A stretch of DNA of 40,611 nucleotides, from positions 1 through 40,611 of the IMG/VR virus record IMGVR_UViG_3300015259_000008; one strand, written 5' to 3'. The notes under the pieces were generated by a model. It was not told where the DNA came from, did no database searches, and saw only the letters and a list, made by a program, of their open reading frames with translations. Below are positions 26,970 through 34,409 of this stretch, in pieces (position 1 is the stretch's first letter; each line of letters opens with the position of its first letter). This DNA comes from a virus. Its lineage: Duplodnaviria > Caudoviricetes. The position numbers were made by a program, and so were the translations under genes.

Positions 26970-27270
26970 TCTATCATACCACCAGCCCTATACACTTTGC
27001 TGTGTATATGGCTTGGGCGTTTTCGCCCGTTCCATATCCAAACCTCCACCCCCACCCCAGCCTCTACCCGAGGCTTGTCCAGTTGTCCCGGTGGGTGGGT
27101 GGGTGGGGTAGAGGGCCCACCCTCCCCCAGCCCGGGGGGACTGGGTGGGTCAACCCCCAGGGGGTACCCGGGGGGAGTCAAAAAAAAATTTTTCTACTAT
27201 AGACCCCTCTCCCTCCCCCCTAATTTCCCAGACCCACCAACCCACCCACCCACCCATAACTCCGCCATTG
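26970..27270. other. Non-coding divergence region with G/C homopolymer tracts, inverted (GGGT)n motifs and an A9T5 tract; candidate origin or packaging/terminus region
   Basis: Strand switch point; GGGTGGGTGGGTGGGG at 27093-27108, CCCACCCACCCACCC at 27241-27255, A9T5 at 27180-27193. Confidence 0.5.
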
Positions 27271-27275
27271 CCCTC

Positions 27276-27303
27276 TTGCAATCCCACCGAGAACGTGTAT
27301 ACT
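27276..27303 (+). promoter_or_regulatory. Sigma70-type early promoter
   Basis: TTGCAA-N16-TATACT; flanks nearly identical to the 32501 promoter. Confidence 0.7.
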
Positions 27304-27341
27304 CCGGCTCGGGTCGGTTCCAACCCAACGGAGGCTCTTAA

Positions 27342-27614
27342 TTGTACCTTTGCACTCCGCCTAACGGTGACCAGTACGTCACCGACTGCGAGGAATCCGT
27401 CTTGAAGCGCCAGGTCCGGTTGGAACCTGGCTTCAAGTATAGTGAAATCCTCTACCTTCCGACAGCCAACATCAAACACATCCTTTGGGAAGGGCGCAGA
27501 CGCCTGTTGGAAGACGCTGAAACCAACGGCAACCTCAACATCGACCGAGGCAAGTCCCGTGTCAAGGATGCTCTCATTTCCGCAGCCATCGACGAATTGT
27601 TGACTGACTTCTAA
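27342..27614 (+). CDS. Hypothetical early protein
   Basis: GGAGG RBS, TTG start, first ORF after the promoter. Confidence 0.6.
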   Translation: MYLCTPPNGDQYVTDCEESVLKRQVRLEPGFKYSEILYLPTANIKHILWEGRRRLLEDAETNGNLNIDRGKSRVKDALISAAIDELLTDF

Positions 27615-27820
27615 TGGAGGGCCCTGTGTTCCGCTCCATTCTCACCCCGCTGGGCAGGATACTGGCCAACGCCTTGCTGCCTTTCATGGTAGTGGCCACG
27701 GCCTGCCTGATCCTGGCAGTCTTCATCCAGTGCGCCGGGGATGACCAACCCATCCCCATAGGTGCTACTTATGTTGATCTTAGCTGGGTTTGGCTCGAGG
27801 CCACCGACCAGCTAGGCTGA
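27614..27820 (+). CDS. Small membrane protein
   Basis: TAATG coupling; long hydrophobic segment. Confidence 0.5.
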   Translation: MEGPVFRSILTPLGRILANALLPFMVVATACLILAVFIQCAGDDQPIPIGATYVDLSWVWLEATDQLG

Positions 27821-27902
27821 TGGTTGGATCAGCCACTCTCGGTGGGGAGCGGGGTTAGTAGTCCCCCTCCCACCGGGAGCCCTGATCCGGCTAGGAGCTA
27901 CA

Positions 27903-28052
27903 ATGACCTGGGGCGCTGCAGACATCTTGTTCTACCGGCACCGCTTCCCGCTAGCTTACACTGAGATCCTCCGCCTTCGCCATGAAGGTTGGCTCATCAT
28001 CAGCCCCTCTCTCACCCTGTACTGGGGTGCATCCCAGTTCGGTACTTGCTAA
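27903..28052 (+). CDS. Hypothetical 49-aa protein (below the ORF-track cutoff)
   Basis: AGGAG RBS; MTWGAADILFYRHRFP...QFGTC; fills the gap between genes. Confidence 0.5.
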   Translation: MTWGAADILFYRHRFPLAYTEILRLRHEGWLIISPSLTLYWGASQFGTC

Positions 28053-28067
28053 GGAGTGCCCATTCCC

Positions 28068-28271
28068 ATGTCCAAGCCCCGGCCCAAGATGCTCTGCGGC
28101 TACCGCAAGTGCCCCCATCCTGAGCACATCGCTGAGGATCAGGGTACCCATGGCAGTCTCACTATCGTCTACCATCCGCTCTCCGAATCCTTCCATGTCT
28201 TCAAGGACTCCCACCAGGTACTCCGTACCCGGCAGTATGGTCGTGTCGCCAAACTTCTAAAGGAGAACTAG
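28068..28271 (+). CDS. Hypothetical small basic protein
   Basis: AAGGAG RBS; ATG 28068 preferred over GTG 28056; Cys/His cluster. Confidence 0.5.
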   Translation: MSKPRPKMLCGYRKCPHPEHIAEDQGTHGSLTIVYHPLSESFHVFKDSHQVLRTRQYGRVAKLLKEN

Positions 28272-28274
28272 TCC

Positions 28275-28526
28275 ATGTTCCAGCCCGCAATTCAATACAA
28301 GCCTCGAGTCAAGAACGTAGGTGGTTCCCCCAGCTACATGCCGGCCACCTACCGCAGGCTCAGTGCCTCCTATGCTACCGTCCGCGATGCCGCTGAGGCA
28401 GCCATCGACTTCCACTCCCGCTACGTTCATCGCGCAGTCACCACCCCCGTCGTAGTCTGCGGGCGCAGTGCCGACGGCTCCTTTCGCTTCGAGTTCGCTC
28501 GGCGCCACGTAGGGGAAGCCTCGTGA
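28275..28526 (+). CDS. Hypothetical protein
   Basis: AAGGAG RBS; tightly packed with neighbours. Confidence 0.55.
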   Translation: MFQPAIQYKPRVKNVGGSPSYMPATYRRLSASYATVRDAAEAAIDFHSRYVHRAVTTPVVVCGRSADGSFRFEFARRHVGEAS

Positions 28527-28843
28527 CCATCCACCTCATCGACCCGAACAAGCCCCGAGTCACAGCCAGCGTCACCGAGGTCAGTCTCGAACAAGCCATC
28601 GAGCTTGTCGGCGGCCCCATCGAGGTGGTGAAGACGGTGCCCAGCTTCTATGGCCTGCCGGCTGCACTCCTCGTCAATGAGGAAGGGGGAGTACGGGGAC
28701 TCCAACCCAACCCCGCAGCCAGGGCTATGTCTGGTCAGCACATCGTCGGCGACGCCGTACTCCTGATCGGCCGGGAAGCTCTCAAGGGCTGGACCTGGGA
28801 AGAGGTAGAACCTACCTCACCCGAAGAACGAAGGGAGCGTTAG
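28523..28843 (+). CDS. DUF3846-like protein
   Basis: SLEQAIELVGGPIEVV...LLVNEEG...LQPNPAA...IVGDAVL pattern. Confidence 0.75.
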   Translation: MTIHLIDPNKPRVTASVTEVSLEQAIELVGGPIEVVKTVPSFYGLPAALLVNEEGGVRGLQPNPAARAMSGQHIVGDAVLLIGREALKGWTWEEVEPTSPEERRER

Positions 28844-28849
28844 CTTCCA

Positions 28850-29299
28850 GTGCCGGCAAACTCCATCACCTTCTACATCGGGCAGAAGTTCTCGCTCGAA
28901 ATAGAAGCGCTCATCAAGGCTCGGCTCCGCCGCATCGCACCATCTCGAGCGCCGGCGGCTTCGATGCTGGTCCCTCTCATTGCTCACCCTGACCCCAGTG
29001 CCTGGGCGGCGCTGCTTGAAGACACGTTCCCCGACCAGGATACCATGATGGTGTTCTTGGTCCAGATGGTAGCCGCCTCGCCACCCATCCTCAGCGCCTT
29101 GCAATCCGCCGTCAAAGATGCTACACTTATCCTCGATAAGGAGGTGGCTGAATACAAGCGCCAGATCTCTGAGGCTGCGGATTCTCTGGTTGACCTGGCT
29201 CAATCCACAAGCGTCATCACTGAGGAGAACCTGGATCACCCTGAGTTCTTACCTGACGCAATCGAAGCTCGGCTACGTGCCAAGCTAGGAGGTAAGTAG
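28850..29299 (+). CDS. Hypothetical protein
   Basis: GGGAG RBS; operon packing. Confidence 0.55.
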   Translation: MPANSITFYIGQKFSLEIEALIKARLRRIAPSRAPAASMLVPLIAHPDPSAWAALLEDTFPDQDTMMVFLVQMVAASPPILSALQSAVKDATLILDKEVAEYKRQISEAADSLVDLAQSTSVITEENLDHPEFLPDAIEARLRAKLGGK

Positions 29300-29505
29300 T
29301 GCACGGAATCGTAACTGGTCTGGTCATTTCCATCGACAGAGCAGAGGAGATCCCTCCGGTGGACCAATCTCAAGGGATGCAATACCTCGTCCACTGGATG
29401 TTCCCAGACTTCACCATCTGGTTCTCCAAGAAGCAACTCCCCGAGCTTGCTCGCATCTTCACCGAGGCTGCCGCCGAGTACCCGGCAGTGGACGTACCCC
29501 AATGA
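29299..29505 (+). CDS. Hypothetical protein
   Basis: AGGAGG RBS; overlaps the upstream stop. Confidence 0.55.
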   Translation: MHGIVTGLVISIDRAEEIPPVDQSQGMQYLVHWMFPDFTIWFSKKQLPELARIFTEAAAEYPAVDVPQ

Positions 29506-29786
29506 CCAGGTTCATCGGTGAGATTGAGCTTGGTGATCGTCTTCGTCTCGCTCTCCTGTCCGGCGAGGTCTGCAAGACCATCGAGGATGGCGTACTCGAT
29601 GGGCTCATGACTGTGAAGAAGATCAACCCACCGAGTGAGCTCCTTGACAAGATCATTCTCCCCGCGGTCAAGGAGCTGGACGTCAACAACCCTGACCCGG
29701 TGCAGCTGCTGCGACTCGCAGTCACCCTTACCCTGACCTTGTCCATCAGCCTTATGCTGATCAAGGAAGTGGAGGACCTGGTATGA
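29502..29786 (+). CDS. Hypothetical protein
   Basis: ATGA coupling with the upstream gene. Confidence 0.55.
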   Translation: MTRFIGEIELGDRLRLALLSGEVCKTIEDGVLDGLMTVKKINPPSELLDKIILPAVKELDVNNPDPVQLLRLAVTLTLTLSISLMLIKEVEDLV

Positions 29787-29870
29787 AGTAGGCAGTCCAC
29801 ATATCCACGTAGACTCCCCGAAGGTCTTCAGTCTACGTGGATCCAGGACTATCTACCGAAGGAGGTACAA

Positions 29871-30152
29871 ATGTCCGTAGGAAGTTCCGAACCTCTCAGG
29901 TTCATCGGCAAGGATCTCTCACTCTCAGCCCGCCTGGTTCTTTGCGAACGAGCTACGAAGCTCATGGAAGCCCTGACCGACCAAATGGTCTCCGCTTTCC
30001 TGCTTGCTGGTGAGGTCAACGAGGTAGAAACCATGGTCAAGGATGCCCTGGTCTTGGTCGAAGCTGATCATAGTCCCAAGAACCTGGGCAAGGCAGGTAG
30101 TATCCTGCTCATGGCTACCGTCGTGCAACTGTGCATCCATAAGGAGTTCTAA
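29871..30152 (+). CDS. Hypothetical protein
   Basis: AAGGAGG RBS. Confidence 0.6.
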   Translation: MSVGSSEPLRFIGKDLSLSARLVLCERATKLMEALTDQMVSAFLLAGEVNEVETMVKDALVLVEADHSPKNLGKAGSILLMATVVQLCIHKEF

Positions 30153-30153
30153 C

Positions 30154-30390
30154 ATGAAGTTTCACTGTGTCTCTCGCAAGGAATCAGTCTACGCTTGGTC
30201 AGAAGGAAAGATCACGGTTCGTCTCAGAGTACTTGAGGCTGACAACGGGAACAACGCTCCCATCAAATCCAGTCGGCTCGAGATTGGAATAGGCGAAGAC
30301 TCAATCAATCTCGAGGAAGCAGAACTCGAGCAGCTGGCGCAGCTCATAGCGTTGGCTCTGAAAGAAGGCCCTTTCAATGCACCCTCCTAG
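30154..30390 (+). CDS. Hypothetical protein
   Basis: Start re-called to ATG 30154 (AAGGAG RBS, MKFHCVSRK...). Confidence 0.55.
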   Translation: MKFHCVSRKESVYAWSEGKITVRLRVLEADNGNNAPIKSSRLEIGIGEDSINLEEAELEQLAQLIALALKEGPFNAPS

Positions 30391-31819
30391 CCCCCAACAG
30401 ACCGACATCCTCAATGCTCTGGCTGACACCAACGACAACCTCTCTGTCCGTGCCCTGGCTGGTACTGGTAAGACAACGACCATCGAGATGTGCCAGCCCA
30501 TCCAGGCTGGTCTCAACGTGGCCTTCAATCGTGTGGTCCGGGAGACATTCATCAAGCGAATGCCTCACGCAACGAACCACACCTTCAATTCCCTCGGCCA
30601 CGACATCATCACCAAGGCTCTAGGCAAGCGCCTCAAGTTCGATGCCGACAAGATCAAGGGCATCCGAGACGACCTCAAGATCCGCTGGAAGGACTGCCCC
30701 GATCTGTTCCGTATCCTGGACCTGGCCCGGGGCTCTGGCTTTGGATTCAACGAGCACCGACTTGCCGACGCCACTGACCTGGGGCTGTGGCAGGAAATCA
30801 TCGACGACTACGAGCTCGAGACTGGACCCGGCTTCAAGCTCGAGGTGCTTCCGGAAATTCTCCGGAAGGACTACCATCTTGCTGCCCAAGGCCACATCGA
30901 CTACGGCGACCAGCTCTGGTACCCGGTGGTAGCCAACCTCAGCCTTGGCCTGCCACCCGGCATCGTCTACGTGGACGAGGCTCAGGATGTCAACGGCATC
31001 CAGATGAATCTCATCAAGCGCTACGCCCGTCGGTCTCGTATTGTGCTGGTAGGTGACCCGCACCAGGCCATCTATGGATTCCGGGGCTCGGTCAATGAGT
31101 CTATGGGGATTCTCGAGTCCGCCCTCGGGGCCAAGGACTTCCCGCTGTCAGTTACCTACCGCTGTCCGAAGTCCGTGGTCAGACTTGCTCAGTCCGCCGT
31201 TCCAGAGTACACCTTTGCCGACGAGGCTCCCGAGGGTGAGGTACTCAGGCTGGGTAAGAAGTGGACTCCGAAGGACATTGAGTCTGGCTCGGTAATCCTC
31301 TGCCGCAACAACGCTCCAATCATCCAGCTTGCTCTGACCATGATCGCCCAAGGTATCCCCGCGTCCGTTCGAGGCCGGGACATCGGGAAGAGTCTCATCA
31401 CTCTTGCCAAGAAGATCGCGGCCGAGTACCACCCCAGGAACAGGGAACAATTCGAGCGGGCACTGGATGTGTGGCGAGCAAACCAGCTGAGCTCAGGCAA
31501 AAAGTCCGAGGGGTCTGTCAACGAGCGGGCCGATGCACTGCTGGCGCTGCTGAGTGGGTGCTCACCAAGCGCTGGGGTCGAAGAGATTACTCGCAAGGCT
31601 GAGAGACTCTTCACCGACAAGGAGGCCCCGATCCTACTGTCCACTATCCACAAGGCCAAGGGCCTCGAGTGGCCGACCGTCTACTTCCTCAATGAGTGGA
31701 TGATCCCGAGTCACTTCGCCAAGACCGAGGAAGCTCTGCGTCAAGAGAGCAACATCTGGTACGTGGGAGTCACAAGGACCATGAACAAGCTGGTCTTCAT
31801 CGAGACTGGCAAGGCATGA
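30377..31819 (+). CDS. UvrD/Rep-like superfamily 1 helicase
   Basis: Q motif SPQQ, ALAGTGKTT, VDEAQD, VGDPHQAIYGFRG, TYRCP, CRNN, STIHKAKGLEW, YVGVTR. Confidence 0.93.
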   Translation: MHPPSPQQTDILNALADTNDNLSVRALAGTGKTTTIEMCQPIQAGLNVAFNRVVRETFIKRMPHATNHTFNSLGHDIITKALGKRLKFDADKIKGIRDDLKIRWKDCPDLFRILDLARGSGFGFNEHRLADATDLGLWQEIIDDYELETGPGFKLEVLPEILRKDYHLAAQGHIDYGDQLWYPVVANLSLGLPPGIVYVDEAQDVNGIQMNLIKRYARRSRIVLVGDPHQAIYGFRGSVNESMGILESALGAKDFPLSVTYRCPKSVVRLAQSAVPEYTFADEAPEGEVLRLGKKWTPKDIESGSVILCRNNAPIIQLALTMIAQGIPASVRGRDIGKSLITLAKKIAAEYHPRNREQFERALDVWRANQLSSGKKSEGSVNERADALLALLSGCSPSAGVEEITRKAERLFTDKEAPILLSTIHKAKGLEWPTVYFLNEWMIPSHFAKTEEALRQESNIWYVGVTRTMNKLVFIETGKA

Positions 31820-32262
31820 GTCTTTACTGCCCGACAGGTCCGCACCGCGGTTGGTGCAGCCTTTGTTATGATCCCCGCTTGCAAGGAGAACAAGTGTCTG
31901 AGTCGAAGTACGGATTCCCTAAAGGCATTGGAGGTGTGGGCGTAGCTGCTGCTGGTGGAGCTGGTTCCAGTCCCGGATCTGTATTGGGCGAAAACGCCCA
32001 TTCCATATCGGGACTCAAGACCGGTGAACCTACTGGGCCCACCATTCAGAACTACGTCATCAACAACCTTCGTGAAGTTCGAGAGCTTCGGCTGGCGCTC
32101 TTGTCCATTGCAAAGGAAATGTTCGGCTACACCGCTGATGTTCCCGAGCAGAAAACTGCCACCGCTGAGTCTCTTATCGGCTGCCTCGAAGAGACCTCCA
32201 GAGAGTTGGCCGGCTGCCGATTCTTTATCGCGTCTCTGATGGGCCAGGTAGGTGCCGAGTGA
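31816..32262 (+). CDS. Hypothetical protein
   Basis: ATGA coupling with the helicase stop (alternative GTG 31894 with GGAG RBS). Confidence 0.5.
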   Translation: MSLYCPTGPHRGWCSLCYDPRLQGEQVSESKYGFPKGIGGVGVAAAGGAGSSPGSVLGENAHSISGLKTGEPTGPTIQNYVINNLREVRELRLALLSIAKEMFGYTADVPEQKTATAESLIGCLEETSRELAGCRFFIASLMGQVGAE

Positions 32263-32465
32263 GCTCAGTCAGAACCTGTGGTACAGCCTGTCACTACGCC
32301 AAGCGCTCCACCTGCAATTGCTGGTGCGGTGGGCTCTTCCACGGCAAGCCCGGAGCCCAGGCACGGGCCAAGCTCATCCAGCTCTATGGTGTGCTGCCCT
32401 CGAAAGAACCGGAGAGCCCTTCGTTCCACGAGGCAGTGGCCAAGATCAAGGCTGAGCTGAGGTAA
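32259..32465 (+). CDS. Small Cys/His-rich putative metal-binding protein
   Basis: C..AC..A....C.C.CGG..HG motif; GTGA coupling. Confidence 0.6.
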   Translation: MSSVRTCGTACHYAKRSTCNCWCGGLFHGKPGAQARAKLIQLYGVLPSKEPESPSFHEAVAKIKAELR

Positions 32466-32500
32466 CACCCGAGTCACCAGAGTCTTGCCCGTTTCACCTC

Positions 32501-32528
32501 TTGCAATCCCCGGATTGTATGGTACACT
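32501..32528 (+). promoter_or_regulatory. Sigma70-type promoter
   Basis: TTGCAA-N16-TACACT with an extended -10 TG; shares CCTCTTGCAATCCC and ACTCCGGC with the 27276 promoter. Confidence 0.7.
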
Positions 32529-32592
32529 CCGGCAATCCATGGTCCACGCAGACAGGCTGCAGTGACCAAACAAGGTTCTTAAGGAGAACGCT

Positions 32593-33072
32593 TTGAACAT
32601 CGAACCCAGTTCCGAGATCCGCCCCTTCACCGTCCAGGGCATCAAGCTCAACATCCCCGCGCCCTTCGCGGCCGGGCACACCTGCACCGAGGGCGAGGCA
32701 TCGAGCCTCAACCAGACGCTGGTGGAGAACGTCCGCAACAACCTCGCCGCAGACATCGGCGAGTCCATCAAGAAGGGCGAGTCGCTCGACGTCCAGCAGA
32801 AGATGGTGGACGAGTACGTCGGCGAGTACGAGTTCGGCGTCCGGCGTGGTGGCCTGCGGGAGACCGATCCCGTCGAGGCAGCGGCGCGCGAGATCGCTCT
32901 CGAGTTCGCCAAGCGCGCCGTGCGCAAGTCCGGCAAGTCCCTCAAGGACTACGGCATGGACCAGCTGCGTACCGATGCCGAGGCCGCACTCAACGACCCG
33001 ACGCTGGGCGCGAAGATCCGCGCCAAGGCCGAGGGTGTGGCGAAGGCCCGCGCGGAGGCCCTCGACCTCTAG
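32593..33072 (+). CDS. Hypothetical phage protein, probably highly expressed
   Basis: AAGGAG RBS; strong C/G third-position bias like the capsid and SSB genes. Confidence 0.75.
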   Translation: MNIEPSSEIRPFTVQGIKLNIPAPFAAGHTCTEGEASSLNQTLVENVRNNLAADIGESIKKGESLDVQQKMVDEYVGEYEFGVRRGGLRETDPVEAAAREIALEFAKRAVRKSGKSLKDYGMDQLRTDAEAALNDPTLGAKIRAKAEGVAKARAEALDL

Positions 33073-33074
33073 TC

Positions 33075-33372
33075 ATCAGGGGATAGGTGGTGAGGGTCGG
33101 GGAGTGATGACCTCGGAAGCAATCACCGATAAGGGGCGGGCTCTCACCCGCTCCTTCCCCTTCGGTAGTGTCGGACCACCCGCGAGTGGAGCAGATAGTC
33201 AGGTTAACGGGCGTTGCCTGGCTAGCTGTGGAGCACGGTGGGAAACAAACCCACACACTACCTTCCTGTTCTGCCCCGGTCCCAGCCACCTGTGTCCAAC
33301 CTCTCACCCCCATCAGGTTGGCTGGGACCGGGCCTTGGAGTCTACTGGTACCAGGGTATTAGTAGACTCTAA
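33075..33372 (+). ncRNA. Candidate structured non-coding RNA or leader
   Basis: About 300-nt gap filled with stems, including G-U pairs; see findings. Confidence 0.4.
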
Positions 33373-33383
33373 GGGGGGTACTC

Positions 33384-33608
33384 ATGCGGCGCCTGTTGAT
33401 CTATGCTGCTGTTGTTACGATGCTGGACCTGTTGATCTTCCACCGCCCAGCGCACTGTATCTACTGTCCAGTATACAAGTGCTACGGAATGTGCGGTTCG
33501 GACTGCGTATGCCTCACTCCGCCAGGTAGTATCCATGGTGGCGAGTGTTGGGGTATCGAAAGAGTCCCCGCGCTTCTTGCTCAGGGCTACCGTGTCACCG
33601 GAGACTAG
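33384..33608 (+). CDS. Small Cys-rich protein with N-terminal signal-like segment
   Basis: AAGGGGGG RBS; MRR plus hydrophobic stretch; 7 Cys. Confidence 0.55.
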   Translation: MRRLLIYAAVVTMLDLLIFHRPAHCIYCPVYKCYGMCGSDCVCLTPPGSIHGGECWGIERVPALLAQGYRVTGD

Positions 33609-33900
33609 GTCAGGCTTCCTCGACCTACTCCGCCAGGCTGCGTCGAGTCGGTTCGGTCTTGCCATCAAGACCCCGAATCGCTCCGCACTTCGCCGGCTTC
33701 TCTTCGAGGCTAAGCGAGATGTGAAAGAGCTGGATGATCTGACAGTCACCCTCTCGCCCATCTCTCAAGACGAACTACTCATCATCAAGAAGGAGGTGTA
33801 TGACAGGGGAAGAGTCCAAGAAGCGGCCCTCCGGATTGAGGAAGGTGACGATCATGCTGATGGAGGAGGATCACCGGAGACTGAAGGCTCTCTACCCTAA
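33592..33900 (+). CDS. Hypothetical protein
   Basis: Start re-called to GTG 33592; overlaps both neighbours. Confidence 0.5.
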   Translation: MSPETRSGFLDLLRQAASSRFGLAIKTPNRSALRRLLFEAKRDVKELDDLTVTLSPISQDELLIIKKEVYDRGRVQEAALRIEEGDDHADGGGSPETEGSLP

Positions 33901-34090
33901 GGGAGGCTACAACCGAATCATCCGCAAGCTGGTCAACAACCATGTCAGAGAAAGAATGTCAACCCTAGTCACGGAGGTAGAGGATGACAGAAGAGACACA
34001 GCCGAAGCCGACACTGTCGGACCTGTTCTCGATGGACCCGAGACAGATGACGAAGGAGCATCGAACGGAGGTGGTCAGGCAACTGCGTGA
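33800..34090 (+). CDS. Putative ribbon-helix-helix DNA-binding protein
   Basis: AAGGAGG RBS; RKVTIML (strand), EEDHRRLKAL (helix), YNRIIRKLV (helix). Confidence 0.5.
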   Translation: MTGEESKKRPSGLRKVTIMLMEEDHRRLKALYPKGGYNRIIRKLVNNHVRERMSTLVTEVEDDRRDTAEADTVGPVLDGPETDDEGASNGGGQATA

Positions 34091-34232
34091 GGCCCGAGAC
34101 AAGTGGACCTCGGAGCGCCAGAACTCCAAAGCCGAAGGCCGGCGGGCCAAGACCAGTCAAGGACTCTCCAAGGCCAAGGTCCTCAAGGGAGTTCCGTTGG
34201 ACGATTCCTTCTTCTCCGACATCGAGGGATAG
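33984..34232 (+). CDS. Hypothetical protein
   Basis: GGAGG RBS; LSDLFSMDP...VVRQLREAR. Confidence 0.55.
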   Translation: MTEETQPKPTLSDLFSMDPRQMTKEHRTEVVRQLREARDKWTSERQNSKAEGRRAKTSQGLSKAKVLKGVPLDDSFFSDIEG

Positions 34233-34235
34233 CCA

Positions 34236-34409
34236 ATGCCCAGGATGACTTTCAAGCTTCTTGGTCGCCTTGACACTATGCTCACCGAGGAGTTGGCTCG
34301 GGGTGTGACAGAGGTGGAGGTCTACAAGCTCTTGTTGTGGTACGCAGTCCACAACGAGGAGATTCGAGGCGAGCTTAGGAAGGAGGTTCGTGATGCTGAT
34401 GTCAGCTAA
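34236..34409 (+). CDS. Hypothetical 57-aa protein (below the ORF-track cutoff)
   Basis: GAGGG RBS; MPRMTFKLLGRLD...DADVS; fills the gap between genes. Confidence 0.5.
   Translation: MPRMTFKLLGRLDTMLTEELARGVTEVEVYKLLLWYAVHNEEIRGELRKEVRDADVS

Noticed and set aside
26951-27479. Pro/Gly-rich ORFs across the divergence region
   Set aside because: Products of low-complexity G/C tracts with no RBS; the region reads as non-coding.
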